A stretch of 64,000 nt of DNA from Octopus vulgaris. Lineage: Eukaryota. The stretch spans positions 142,352,001 through 142,416,000 of the forward strand of contig OX597818.1 in assembly GCA_951406725.2 (NCBI GenBank), given 5' to 3'. How positions within the stretch are numbered: position 1 is the stretch's first letter; every line of letters begins with the position of its first letter. A program made the translations under genes and the position numbers. Below are positions 38,301-53,266 of this stretch, one piece after another. Below the pieces are notes generated by a model, which searched no databases, had not been told where the DNA came from, and saw nothing but the letters and a program-made list of their open reading frames with translations.

Positions 38301-40445
38301 GTGTAATATACTGTAAAAAGAACCAGTATTAAACTGAAAAGACACTCGTGTAGATTTGACTAATGTCATCAAGGCATTAATTACTCCAGCATGACCACAG
38401 TCCAATGGCTGAAACATGTAAAAAAGTAAAAGACTCTGTGTGTGTGTGTGTGTGTGTGTGAATTATCTATGACTATAGTGGTGGTGGTGGTGGTGGTGGT
38501 GGAAACTACCTGAGAAGCTTCTTCCCCCTTGCCTCATCATCTTCAACTCCCTTTCAATGAAAGGGAAAGAAAGCTTCATTTTTTTGTTTTTTTCACTTAA
38601 CTGAAATGAATGAAGTGAGAAAAGAAAAAGCTGTCACAGCAGGCTTTAAATTGTTTGTAATTGTTGTCGCTTCCAGTGTGATTTGTCCAAAGAGCCGTGG
38701 AGTGGGGAAGGGAAAGGAGGAGTGTCCTACTGTTTGGACAAAGCTTAGAAAGTAGAACTGCAAGGTGGTGATAGTGGAGAGGGTGGAGAGAGAGAGAGAG
38801 AGAAAGAGACTACCCCCCCTGCCCCTTCCCAGAGACAGATAGAGTTTAATGATGACACACTTACTGACTGCATTTCATGATCAGAGCAAGTCAGTGAAAG
38901 GAGAGGCTTGGGAGAGGAAGGTGGAAAGAGAAAGGAGGGGAAGCAAAAGGTAGGGGAAAAGGAATTGAATAAAGAAGACACACATAAGAGTAAAAAAAAG
39001 AGAATAGAGTGAGGAAGTAGTTGTCTTTGTCTAGGTGGAGCAAACATGTAATTTCAGCCATGACCATCCTGTATTTCCTTGAGGATTACATTACCAAATG
39101 TACCCTTCTTTTTTGTTTTCTAAATTTTCGAAGTGTGATCTGTGGGAGACTTGGTTGCTATTTCTAGCATGTTGAGTGGCCATATAGAGACTTTCTCATT
39201 GGTTTTTTTTTTTTTAGAGAGAGAGTGTTATTGGTGGGTGTGATAGAATATAAGAGTAGAACAAATAAGGAGAGAGAGAGAGAGAAAGAAGATGAGGAAG
39301 AAATAAATGAAAGAGAGAAGGAACAAAGACAAAGAGATGGAGATAATGAGAAGAGGAGAGAGAAGAAACACAACAGAATAAGAGAGGTGTCATAAAAAGG
39401 AGAAAGAGAAATCGAAGAGAGAGAGAGAGAGAGAGAGAAAGATAGAGAGGCAAAAAGTGAAGGAGGGATAAACATGAGAGACAAACAAGAAGACAGAAAA
39501 GATAATTAAAAAGTGATTTAATGATAAATAAATAAATGAGATAGAACAGAAAGTAAACTAAAATAGGAGTAGGGGGATGTAAAGGTATAGATATTAACTC
39601 TGGTCTATATATATGAAGGGAGAATGGGAGAAGATCTATAGAATACAAAAAAGGAGTGAACACATGATATTAAAGGGGAAATATATGAGAAAGGAGGAAT
39701 GGAATTTGGAGAGTGGATGGTTTATGGTGGTGGAATGAAGAAATTAATAACAGTGAAAAGAAGAACAACAAAATGAAATGCTGTCAAAACAGGAACATTA
39801 CACACACACACACAAAGAGAGAGAGAGAGAGAGATGCAGATAGATATAGATAAATACGGATGGATAGTAAAAGTGAAAGTGAAAGTGGAGCCCATGAGGC
39901 AGATTCTAAAGGATGACAGTGTGCCAGCTGGTTGGGGCTTTAGTTCAATTTTGTTTGTCACCAAAGACATGCTCAACAGCATTCCTCAGCTGCTACTACT
40001 ACTATTACTGCTACTGTTGCAGGTAACTTTTATTTAGAACCAGGAATGTTAAGAGCATCCTTTTACACATTGGAATGGATGCATGTTAACAGTGGTCCAT
40101 TCGAAGGCAGATTGAAGTCAGCCAGTCCCTTCAAGTATTAGTATTTTGCTACCGCTACTATTAAACTATAACTCTACTATTACTACAACTACTACTACTA
40201 CCACCACCACCACAAATGTTTCTACTATAACTGCTACAAATCTTTAAAACACATTAAGAGCAAAGAAAAATGCAAAAGCTTAAGAAAGTGGTGATGGTCA
40301 GTCACAGAAGTATTTAATTGGCAAGTTTGATAAATTAATTTGTTGCATGTGTGCATGTGTGTGCGTGTGTGCGTGTGTGTGTGGATTAGGCCTGTTGTGA
40401 TACATGAAAAGACATGGCACCTGTTTATAAGAAATATCTTAATAT

Positions 40446-40662
40446 AGAAACGTTAGCACGCCAGGCGAAATGCTTAGCGATATTTCATCTGTCTTTATGT
40501 TCTGAGTTCAAATTCCACCGAGGTCGACTTTGCCTTTCATCCTTTCGGGGTCGATTAAACAAATACCAGTTACACACTGGGGTCGATGTAATCGACTTAA
40601 TCCTTTTGTCTGCCCTTGTTTGTCCCCTCTATGCTTAGCCTCTTGTGGGCAATAAAGAAATA
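40446..40662 (+). mobile_element. SINE family B
   Basis: Body and tail match family B. Confidence 0.88.
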
Positions 40663-41417
40663 AAAAATATATATATAGACAGTCACAGCCAGTACATACA
40701 AGTGGGGACACTCTACTGTCTTACATAGTCACAGTCAGTCCAGTCAAGGATAGTGAGGGCACACCCTATCCATCTTCAAAACAGGGACGTTCACTTTGAT
40801 GATTTAGTCACAGATATGCTAAACTCAAGAAAACAATATGGGATAGTTATGACTGTAGCAACTTAGATCATAGGCCTGCTCAATCAAGGGCTAAAACAAT
40901 AGCTATCTACCTGCCTGCATCTCTACCAAGCTACATAATTACCTACCTACATGTAACTACCTACCAACCTGCTTGTTTGTGTGCAATATTTTTCAGTCAT
41001 CAGACTAAATGCATTACACTACTGAGTTTCGGTGCCGACAGGTTTCAGCATTCAAATACCACTGTCTATGTCAGCTTCCTGCTTTGTTTCTCCAACCCAC
41101 CTCCTGGACTCTTTGAAAGCGATACCAGTAAGATAGGCACATATCCACTGCAGTATGAAGATAGATATTTATTGAAAGAACTTTCTACCTATACAACGTA
41201 GGTAAAACAGATGAATAAAAATCAATATTTACTAAAGCATCAAGCTATCTCTTCTTCCACATTTCTTACAGCATGTGTTGAATTCTAGTCGGTGTGTTTA
41301 CGAGAGTGAGAGAAAGAGAGAGAGAGAAAATGAAGGAATAAGAAAGACTACCAAAGACATTGAGAAAGGGAACCATGTACTAACGAGTTTGACTAAACGA
41401 TAGAAAATATATTAGTA

Positions 41418-41828
41418 TACTCTTTACTCTCTTTTTACTTGTTTCAGTCATTTGACTGTGGCCATGCTGGAGCACCGCCTTTAATCGAGCAACTCGACCC
41501 CCGGGACTTATTCTTTTGTAAACCCAGTACTTATTCTATCGGTCTCTTTTGCCGAACCACTAAGTAACGCGGACATAAACACACCAGCAATCGGTTGTCA
41601 AGCAATGCTAGGGGGACAAACACAGACACACAAACACACACACGCATATATATATACATTTATACGATGGGCTTCTTTCAGTTTCCGTCTACTAAGTCCA
41701 CTCACAAGGCTTTGGTCGGCCCGAGGCTATAGTAGAAGACACTTGCCCAAGGTGCCATGCAGTGGGACTGAACCCGGAACCATGTGGTTGGTAAGCAAGC
41801 TACTTACCACACAGCCACTCCTGTACCT
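41418..41828 (-). mobile_element. SINE family A, young
   Basis: Reverse-complement match to family A. Confidence 0.92.
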
Positions 41829-42249
41829 ATGTATACATGTAATATACATACTGTGTATAATCTACTCTATGCTGTATTGAATGCTCTTATTTCTGTTCAT
41901 GACAACACACACACACACACACACACACACAACATGAGATGCTTATGTTCCAGCTGTACCCTTGAGTGCTACTGTCCTTTATATCTGGAGGTACGCCCAT
42001 TTACTGCTAAATTGAAATTCCATTTTGGGTGAATGCACAAGAATGGAGTTACTGTTCAGGAGACCCTTGACAAAATTCTATGCTCCATTTACAACAAAAA
42101 AAATTCAAAAGAAAGTCAGGACTAGTCATGTGAGGTCCCACAGTAGAAACACCATCAATGCTGTAACAGGCAAATGTTGGCAATAAGAAAACAGTTACGC
42201 TGAAAATAGAGCTGATAACTTCCATATGTGCACATCTGTGTGTATACAT

Positions 42250-42650
42250 GAGTCCCCAAAGTCCATTCCCTCCTCACCGTGGTGGGGACGCTGGCAACAG
42301 GTAGTGTCAGAGCTATGCCGACGGGAACTTCAGTTCCTGGTAGGGCCACCCAAGACGGGTTGGTCTGACACTGAGTGGTATTAGGGCCACAACCCGGCAG
42401 ATGTTGAAATGAAAATCCTCGGAGTGTCTGTTTTGGCAACCGGCAGCTCCTCGGTTGTTCTGTCCCTGCATCTGCCGACAATCTGCAGTAAACAGGATGT
42501 CTCTACATGCGGGATTGTTGGGGACCGCTTGTGAAATTCATATTCCCACGAAACTTCTTCCACTGCCATGGTTCGAGATGCCTCGAGGGTGGTGGAAGAA
42601 GCCGACTCAACCCACCCAGGGTGAATGTCACCACAAGTAAAAGTACAAGT
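42250..42650 (+). mobile_element. Bipartite non-autonomous RTE element (5' UTR joined to 3' end)
   Basis: 5' part has RTE/BovB-type UTR motifs (agctatgccg...ggtagggccacccaagacgg). 3' part reads VRDASRVVEEADSTHPG* and ends cacaagtaaaagtacaagta. Confidence 0.6.
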
Positions 42651-42812
42651 ATATATGCACACAGTTATTGTGATTTCAAAGTTTTGCTCAGAATGGTTTT
42701 ACATTTTCAGAGAAACTTTAAAATTACAGTCACAATAAAACTTTAGACTCCACTTTGGCTTTGGGTCACTTTTCAGTCATTATTATTATTTGCAATTTTT
42801 CATCCCCTTTAA

Positions 42813-43283
42813 CTCTTTGCCTGTCCTGTGTATCTTGTGATACCTTGGACATATTGCCATGGTGTCCATGCATCATATATGATATAAATTTTAAGGCGGC
42901 GAACTGGCAGAATCGTTAGCGAAATGCTTAGCGGTATTTCATCTGCCGCTACATTCTGAGTTCAAATTCCACCGAGGTCGACTTTGCCTTTCATCCTTTC
43001 GGGGTCGATAAATAAAGTACCAGTTTCACACTGGGGTCGATATAATCGACTTAATCCCTATGTCTGTCTTTGTTTCTCCTCTCTATCTTTAGCCCCTTGT
43101 GGGCAATAAAGAAATATATGTGATATAAATTCCCAATTTTTTCAATCAACAGAGGATTTGTGGTTGTATGAAAGGAAAGCTTTATGTTACTCAGAATGTA
43201 TAAAATAAGAATTAACTAAAAGTCTGGAAGCAAGCATGAATGTCTAGAACAAACTTATGAAAATGCTTTGGACAGGAAAAGGG
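42813..43283. mobile_element. TTAA-flanked MITE interrupted by a SINE B (42895-43115, +)
   Basis: ttaa|ctctttgcctgtcc ... ggacaggaaaaggg|ttaa. SINE TSD tgatataaatt at 42880-42890 and 43121-43131. Confidence 0.7.
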
Positions 43284-45534
43284 TTAAAAACACCCAATTC
43301 CAAATATTATTATCATCATCATGTTACATCTGCTTTCTATGCTGACATGGGTTGAACAGTTTGATATGGTCTAACAAGACAGAGGACTATATTATGCTCA
43401 AATGTTTTAGTTTTGGTATAATTTCTATGGCTGGATGCCATTTCTAATGCCAACCACTTTATAGAGTGTACTAAGTGCATTTTTTCAGGGCACCAACATT
43501 AGTGAGGTCATCTTGCAGCTTGCAAACCTAAAGAGCCCCCGTGATTAGAAGAAGAAAATGAGAAAGTGATTTTACATGAGGTGGTGAATAAGGGTTAAAG
43601 TATGAAGGTACACCCATTTACTACTAAACTGATTTATAGTTGTGAGAAAGTGGGAGTGGGGAAAGTAACAGAGTAGGAAGTATGGAAGAAACAGGGGAAA
43701 GAGGAAAGGATTAGTGCCAGGAGTTGATGAGAAAGAGAGGGACAGAGTGGTTACAGTGAGGAAGTAGGTTGTGTAGGGAGAATTCGGTGTCACCTCACTT
43801 TAGAAAATATCCAGAGAGGGTCAGTGAATAAGAGTTGTGGCAGTCATGGGCATAAGTCAGAGAGGGAGAAATGAGAGTTGTAGTAGTGGAGAAGCTAGAG
43901 GGAGAGGACAATGAAAAGAGTGGGGAAAGCAGTGGGGAAGGGGAACAGTGACTGAATGCAGAGAGAGCAATGACAGAGAGGCTGGGGAGTACCATAAAAG
44001 TGAAGGTAGGGAAGAGTAGAGGATGAATGTAGAGAAGCATGTTGAATGGGGTGGCTGTGGGGATAAGACAGTGAAAGAGAGGCAGGAGCAGGGAGCAGTG
44101 GGGGAGTGCAGCAAGAACATCTCAGTCAAGTTTTGAAATCATCCAAAACTTATCAAAGATATGTATACTGGGAAGGAAACTAAAAAGAAAGACACTGGGA
44201 GAAAGAGTTTTGCAAAGGGTGAAGTAAGACTCTTATACTCCTCATTCTATACAGAGAGCAAATGGATAAGTTTTGGGTGAGTATATGATGAGAAAATATT
44301 AGCTTATAGGGAAGGGAGGTAACTAATATCAACGTTTAAGTTATGAGAGAATTTACGAAAATACTGAGAAAATTCAAAAGTTTGTGATTAAAATTTAACT
44401 AGTTTTGAAGTGTGTTTTTTTTTAATTGCTTAGTCTAGAAGAAATGCAGTAGCCTTAGCTGTTGCAAACCCTCAAAGATTGGTCAAGATGGTGTAGTTAA
44501 TACTATAAGAGGTGACAAAAAGGTTGGCTTCAGGAAGGGCATCCTTTTGTGGGATTCTGCCTCAAAAACCCAGGCATTTATGCACATGTATGTATATATA
44601 AATATGTGTGTATATGTGTATGTATACACATACATGCACACACATACACATGCATACATGGCCTTCTGGCTTCCCAGACCCCAGTTGAACCGTCCAACCC
44701 ATGCTAGCATGGAAAGCGGATGCTAAATGATGATGATGATGATGATGATGATGAATTGTGTGTGTGTGTATACACACACACATATATATATATACATAAA
44801 ATGATGAGTATATATATATATATGTATATATTTATTTATTTATTTATTTATTTAGTAGATAGGTAATGATACAGAAAGAGAAAATAGGCAGATAGATAAA
44901 TATTTAAAATGATAAAGAAGGAAAATCTAAGACCGATTACTATTCTGGTGTGGACAAACTCTTCACATCACTACCGTTATACTAATTCACTAATTTCCTA
45001 CATTCGTGACAATTCAGTGGAAATATTTCAAATAAAATTATATCCAGAGGAAACCAAATTGAAATAAAATAAAGCCAGTCTATTAGTGTGATACATAGTC
45101 TATTAGTGTGATACATAGTACCATTATTGATTGGTTACTTTGAAGGTGTTTAGTGAATGATAGTAGTTTTGTCCAAGCTGTGAGCGAATACCAATATACT
45201 GTGTTTTCTATGAAGATTTTATGTGTTTCACTGAACATTGATTGTTGTTGTTGCTACTAAACGTTATGTAGAACTGCAATGTTGCTGGTATTTTGTTTTT
45301 TCATGTCTCATTAAACACACACACAGATATATATGAAACTATATATATAGAGAGAGAGAGATATATAAACGTGTGTGTGTGTATACACATACAACAATAA
45401 ATGATAGTTGATGAGGTAATTTGCTACATATCCCACTGACACCTGTAATATTAATGAAATAAGTGAAGCGGTTCTAACTTGGAATTGAAACCAAATTACA
45501 TCTCCAACTAAAGTTCATACCATACCATCTTGTT

Positions 45535-45960
45535 ATTGACTGAGAAGGACCGCCTTTGGAAGTAATTACAGCTTGAATTCTATGAGATATGGACTCATTA
45601 CAAAGTTTGAATTGTTTCCAAAGGAATTTTTGACCATTCTTCAACTAAAACAGTCTCCAGTTCTTATAGTGATGATGGTGGAGGATATCGACTCCTTACT
45701 AGTTTTTCTAAAATGCTCCATAAATGTTCAATAATATTGAGATCTGGGGACTATGGTTGCCAGATAAGATGTTCAGCTTCACTAGAATGGTCCTCGTGCC
45801 ATTCAGTAACAACTTTAGCTGTGTGAATTGGTGCATTATCATCCTGAAAGATTGCGTTTCCCTCCGGAAACCGTTCCACAACCATAGGATAAATTTGATC
45901 AGATAAAAGCTTAAATAGTCTAGTCTTGACTATTAATTCTGCCATGAAGGGAAACCATTG
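45535..45960 (-). pseudogene. Tc1-like transposase C-terminal remnant, DD36E spacing
   Basis: FQDDNAPIHTAKVVTEWHEDHSSEAEHLIWQP*SPDLNIIEHLWSILEK...EEWSKIPLETIQTL/RIQAVITSKGGP. Confidence 0.88.
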
Positions 45961-47912
45961 GGTAGTTCTACATTAAAAAATGAATGAAATGAAAATTCCC
46001 TTACTTGAGAAACAGGTAGGGGTTTTGTGGCAGGAGTAACTATAAAGCAATGCCTCAACAATATGTATTCTACCTAAATCATTCTAGCTAGCATGGAAAA
46101 ACTAATCAAAAAACAAATGAATGAATTAGAGAAGCATGCAGCAGAGAACGCAAGGTAAACTTCCAAGTAGTGCTAGAAATAGTTACAAGCTAAACTAACT
46201 CCAGCTTAACACATCACTATCCACAGGAGCTTTGAAGTAATTAGAAAGTATATATATATTTTTAATCTTTGTGAGATATTCAGTAATAATTTTTTTTAAC
46301 AAGGGACCTCCAAGCTTTATATAACTTAGTGTTTCATCAAGTTTAAATCTGACACTGCTTTTAGGTAAATCAAGTTCATGAAAATTGTTGATGCTGTTGT
46401 CCATGAGTGGATGTGTTCTTGCAGAATATTGGAAATGAATGGCATTGCTTATATGACAGTGACACTCATTTACATCTATTGATGTCAAGACAAGGAGACA
46501 CGAATATAAAACACACTCACTTACACACACAAATACAAATATATGATAGGCTATTTCAGTTTCCATCAAACAAATCTGCTTGCAAGGCATTGTTTGATCT
46601 GGGGCTATAGTAGAAGACACTTGTCCAAGGTGTCATTGTAGTAGGACTGAACCCAAAGCCATCTGGTTAAGAGGAAAACTTCTTAACCACACAGCCATGC
46701 TTAACTTCTTGTTTGAAATTGACATAAACCAAAATGGTGAGTAAATTACTGGATATAGCAAGTAGAAAGAGATCTGTCTGTACGTCCCTTTGTGTGTATG
46801 CATGTGCACGCATGTGTGTGTGTGTGTACAGATAGTGTTATGGTTGAATGGTTAAGAAGTTCTATATATAAACATGAAGCCCTGGGCTTCATTCAATTAT
46901 AAGGCATCTTAAACAAATGTCTTTCACTATTGCTTTGTGTCAAACTCAAATCTTGTAAGCGGACATAGGAGACACAGAAACAGTGGCAGCCCAACAGAGA
47001 AGATTACAGAAAGGGTTCTCAACCATCTTTTGCCTATGAACCCTTTTGATTCCTATTTAACTCTAGCACACCTCCATAACCATTCAGTGTTTAAAAAAAA
47101 ATTTATTATGCTTTTATAATCGAATATTATTAGGGATTGTATTTTAAAAATGCTAAAATATTTTGCATAAGCAATTTATTGCACATAAATTTTAAAAACA
47201 AAATCTTATATGGGCCCCCAAAGATCATATGGAGCTCTGTTGAGAACCACTGAAACATTGGTATAATCCCCACCAAAGAGACAGCCTTTTCAGGTGCTGT
47301 GTTATGCTGATTCCATCCTAGAATTATATCGAGATTACAAGCATCTGTGGAATATTCAACCACTTACAATATTGATTTCAAATTTTGGCTCAAGGCCAGC
47401 AATTTCAGGGAGGGGTAAGTTGATTTCCTCAACCCCAGTATTCAGCTGGTACATATTTTATTGACCCTCAAAGGACAAAAAGTAAAGTCGACTTGGAGGA
47501 ATGCAAAGACAGATAAAATACCGCTAAGCATTTTGCTCAACATACTAATGATTCTACCAGCTCGCTGCCTTAACCACTTGCAATATTAATCATAAGTAGT
47601 TTTGTTAATCAAATAACTAAATACTTATCATCATAAAAAAAAAAGATCTAAATACATGTGTGTGTGGTGGGGAGAAAGGATTGGTTCACGCCATCAACCT
47701 CTTTACTTGATTGGTACTTTATCAACTTTAAAAGAGTGAAAGGCGATGTTGACCTTGGTGGGATATGAACTCAGATTGTAAAGATCCAGATGAAATACTG
47801 CAAATCTTATATTTTATCTAGTTTCAGCTCACAAGCTGTGGCCATGCTGGGGCCACATATTCATTATGAACATATAAGAGAAAAAGTATATGACACTATA
47901 ATAAAAATAAAC

Positions 47913-48163
47913 AAATGTGCCCTTTTAAAGCCTAGCCAGGCTCATGGGCTTGGTTTCCCGGTTTTTATGGTGTATGTGTTCCCCAGCTGGGCGGGACACC
48001 AGTCCATTGCAGCGTTACTCATTTTTGCCAGCTGAGTGGACTCGAGCAACGTGAAATGAAGTGTTTTACTCAAGAACACAACGCATTGCCCGGTCCAGGA
48101 ATTGAAACCACAAACTTGCGATCATGATGCTGACACCCTAACCATTCAGCCACATGCCTCCAC
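47913..48163 (-). mobile_element. SINE family D
   Basis: Reverse complement of 10280-10535. Confidence 0.85.
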
Positions 48164-48985
48164 ATGTGATACTATGGTCATGGTATAATAATTCATTTTG
48201 ATTGATCTAGTTGTCTGTTAGTCAGAAGTTTCCTTAACATCTAAATGGTTCAACAAACATAACAGAATAGATTCCTATCTATTCCAGCCTGGATGACAGG
48301 GAAGTTCCAGAGCAATGGACTAGATCAGCCAAAATAAATTCATTCATTCATTTTTACACCTCTTTTTTCATACTAGCATGGGTTAGAAAAATGTATTATT
48401 TAGACTCTACGTTGCAGCTGGATGCCCTTCATGTCTCTAACTCTCATATATTTTTTGAGAAAGGGATCTCTTATTCCCTAAGTGTAGAGCCAGTAGACAA
48501 TTTGTTCACATACAAAAATGATAACAATGGCACTTGTATCACAGTGACTTTTGGAGAAATGTAAACGAACACACAGACACATGTGCACACACACATACAC
48601 ACACACAAAAATACATTTTTATGAGGAACTTCTTTGAGTTTCTGTTAAACAAATCCACCCACAAAGCTTTGGTTGGCCCAGGATTATAGTGGAAGACAAT
48701 TTGCCTTAGATACCATACAGGAGGACTGAACCCAGAACTACTTGGCTAGGAAGTGAGCTTCTTAACCACGCAGCCATGCCTGTGTGTGTATGTGTGTAAA
48801 TGATGAGAAAGTACTCAATATAGATATTGAGCAAGAAATAGGTAGTTTGGGGTTGTGACCTAGTGAAACATGAATATAAATGAATGAATATGCACCCATA
48901 CAGAATAGCTCAGGATTCAAGCTACCATTTAATATATTTGTATGTATTAAATGATAAAGGGATTTTTGGGCCACCTGTGTATATA

Positions 48986-49069
<84 letters not shown>

Positions 49070-49284
49070 TATATATAGTGATTGTAAGCTGTTGATGAGC
49101 TAAAAGAGCAGCATCAGTTTGATTCCTAGTTTGCATTATGCCATCCCTACCTTTACCATTTTAAGCAGGCAACAGAGGAAGTAGTCGTTCAGAGAGATCG
49201 AAATTGGGTCGCAATCTGGGTTCACTAAGAATGAATACTCTCCAACCCCTATCTACACACGTCACACTGCATTCCCCAGCATGC

Positions 49285-49330
<46 letters not shown>

Positions 49331-49689
49331 ATAGCAGTATGGTAGGCATTGATGCATTCACCTCACTCTCTTTGTTTCAAACATGTGTTTGTGTGTGTAT
49401 GTATGTATGTATATATATATATATATATACATGCTCATACATGCTCTCTCTCTCTCTATATATATATATATAATATCTGCACTCATATTTTCATGTATGT
49501 ATATGCAATTATGAGTGCATTTGAATATATATATATATATTCAAATGCACTCATATTTGCATATACATACATGTGCAGCACAAATATATATACTAAAATA
49601 TGCATAAGCATACATTTCTGTTTGCAAACACACACACACACACACGTGCATGTATGTATATATGTATGTATGTATGTGTGCATGTGAGC

Positions 49690-49721
<32 letters not shown>

Positions 49722-50399
49722 CTATTTCCACATAGTAAAACATGTAGACTACTCTTCATTCATCAACATATTTCTCTCTAACGTGTGTGTGTATGTGTGT
49801 GTGTGTGTGTGTGTGTGTAAGCGTTGTGGTGCTTGAAATTACAGCACTAATTAGTCAAGCTGTTTGTAGCTAGCAGTAGCTCGCAGCATGCTGTGACTCC
49901 AAGCCAGGGTTCATTTTTGATTGATTCTCATCCCAACTAATGAGAAAGACCTACACTTCATCCCTACAAATGAGGAAGACCTGCACCTCACATCCTTTTA
50001 GTTTTGCCCTTATAGACTGGTTCCCTTTTACCCAAACTAAAAAGGCCCTATAAATATATAGGCTCCAGAAATAGATTGTACAGGTGAGTGTACTTGAATT
50101 GGAATATAAATACACACATGCACAACTTTAAGTGCTTTTAAAGAAGCAGGTATGATAACAACTGGGGAATATTTAATAGTAATGTAGATAGAGAGGAATA
50201 GAGAGATAGAGGGGCTGATATGCGGCTAATCATACATGAATGTGTGCACATGTGTGCGTGTGTGTGTATTTATGTATGCATGTATGTATGTATGTATGTA
50301 TGTGTGTATGTGTGTATGTGTGTATGTATGTATGCATGTATAGACAGAGAGAGGAGGACAAAGGGAGAGAGAGGGGAGAAGGAGAGGGAAAAGAGACAC

Positions 50400-51207
<808 letters not shown>

Positions 51208-52377
51208 TCTTAATGCATCTTAATGCATACGTGTGTGTGTGAGAGGGAGAGAGAGATGAGAAAGTACAATGAATTAACTGGAATAACTCAAGTTGTCCAA
51301 TGGTGTAAATATAGATTAATAAGTTAAGTGGAGATGTACTGGATGACATATACATAAAAATTTACAGCTAATTGAAATTTCCCTCTAAGTCAGGGAAAAA
51401 GAAACAAAACTAGCCATAATTATAAATGGAGAGGAGAAATAACGTTAAGAAATTAGCATTTAATTCCACAGAATTAATTTACATATCAACTATTTGCTTG
51501 TCCAAAGCATTTTCAGGATTTTGCCCCAAACATCCATGTTTGTGTCTGAACTTTTTATTTGTCCTTTGTTTCATTAGTTCTGAGTAATATAAAGACTTCC
51601 TTTCATAAGTCTCTAGTTACTCCAGTGGTTGAAAAAAAAATTGGGAATGTGCCTCATAGATGCGAGGGAAATATGTCCTGTGTTAAGCAAAGAAGAGGGA
51701 TAACTATGAACATGTTTCTGGTTTATTGGACATCATCAGCAAAGCATATTCATATTCAAACCTGCTTAATTAGTTGAAATGGCTTTTTTTATATTGAAAA
51801 CGTTACCAAAATTTTGTATGCTCTGATGAAATGAATTAAAAAGTGTCCAGTGACAATCACATACTCCTGGACATTTAAAATCATCATCATCGTCTTTTAA
51901 CATCTATAGTCCATGCTGGCATGGGTTGGATGGTTTGACCAGGGCTGGTTAGCTGAGGAGCTGTACCAGGCTCCAGTCTGATTTGGAGTCTGTTACAGCC
52001 TCTCAGCTTAGAATATTCTTTTTTAATATCTTTCCCAATCAGACGGAATTTTTTAATGCATATAAAAGTGCCTAATTTGTTCACTTGCTATCTACAATGC
52101 AACCTCAAGGGACAGGGGAATTTGCATCTTTCTATACTGGCTGAAAAAGTGTATGGTTAGAGAAACATCCAAGATTTCCTGAGATTTTTGTGTAAGGTAA
52201 ATACACAAATATTTTCTTTATATTGGCAAGTTCATTTTTTTCATTTAGGTATTGATTTCAAATCAACATTCATCATAGCATCACCAAATTTCTAATTAGT
52301 CTGAGAGGACTCTTAGTAAATAATTGTTTCAATTAGATAAATATATGGTTCACTCCACAGAGAAAGAAATATATGTA

Positions 52378-52433
52378 TATATATCTGATGATGTAGGCAT
52401 GATCTGCAAACATGAAACTTGAAGTAATGTGTA
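52378..52433 (+). ncRNA. Candidate minimal type I hammerhead
   Basis: UAUAUAU-CUGAUGA-UGUagGCAugaucUGCaaACAu-GAAA-CUUgAAG-UA^AUGUGUA. ATTAAA ~20 nt downstream. Confidence 0.5.
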
Positions 52434-52991
52434 ACTGAGTCAACATGTTATTAAACCCATACAATTCACATTAAATGTGTTAAGTGCTACATTTTTTCAT
52501 ATGTACACACACACACAGAGGCAGACAGATATGAAGGTGTATGTTTATGTGTGCTTATATATATATCATCATCGTTTAACGTCCACCTTCCATGCTGGCA
52601 TGGGTGGGACAATATATATTTTATAAACAAACTTTGTGTTCGGTATTTTACAGACAAGAAAGTCAATTTCAAATGCAGTAAAGCTGTAAGAAAAGCAGTG
52701 AAAGATTGGGTATTTATCCTTACAAGATGGAAAAAAGTTGCCAGCAGGATATATTATATGTGTGTGTATTAAATATGTGTGAGAGAGAAGAATGGTGCAA
52801 TTTGGCGGGAATGGTACCAAGTAGTACTTAATGCATTACAAAATCTAGTCTATAGAAATCAAGTCCCACCATGGCCAACTTTACTAATCCTAATCCCTGG
52901 ATAACATAATATTCAGCAAATGTATTAAGTTAAATTCTCATCTATCTCCAACCCACAAAATTATGTTTTTACTTAGAATAGAAATTATATA

Positions 52992-53149
52992 GGTGCAGGT
53001 ATGGCTGTGTGGTAAGTAGCTTGCTTCCCAACCACATGGTTCCAGGTTCAATCCCACTGCATGGTACCTTGGGCAAGTGTCTTCTACTATAGCCTCAAGC
53101 CGACAAAAGCCTTTTGAACGGATTTGGCAAATGGAAACTGAAAGATGCC

Positions 53150-53155
<6 letters not shown>
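52992..53155 (+). mobile_element. SINE A 5' half
   Basis: Head and CORE-like domain, ending at the internal (TA)n. Confidence 0.85.
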
Positions 53156-53185
<30 letters not shown>

Positions 53186-53266
53186 AATAGCAGTGTGGAA
53201 GGTGTTTACAAACCATTTAAAAACACACACAAAAACCATTAGATTCACTTCAACATTCAAATTTAA

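Noticed and set aside
40997-41035. Minus-strand GAAACUCAGUA...CUGAUGA
   Set aside because: Stems I and II do not pair.
44925-44975. Possible hammerhead (gtgaaga...gaat...gtc on the minus strand)
   Set aside because: Core mismatches and no convincing stems.
48959-48980. Tc1/mariner-like TIR (caggtggcccaaaaatccc, minus strand)
   Set aside because: No partner TIR found; too short to call.
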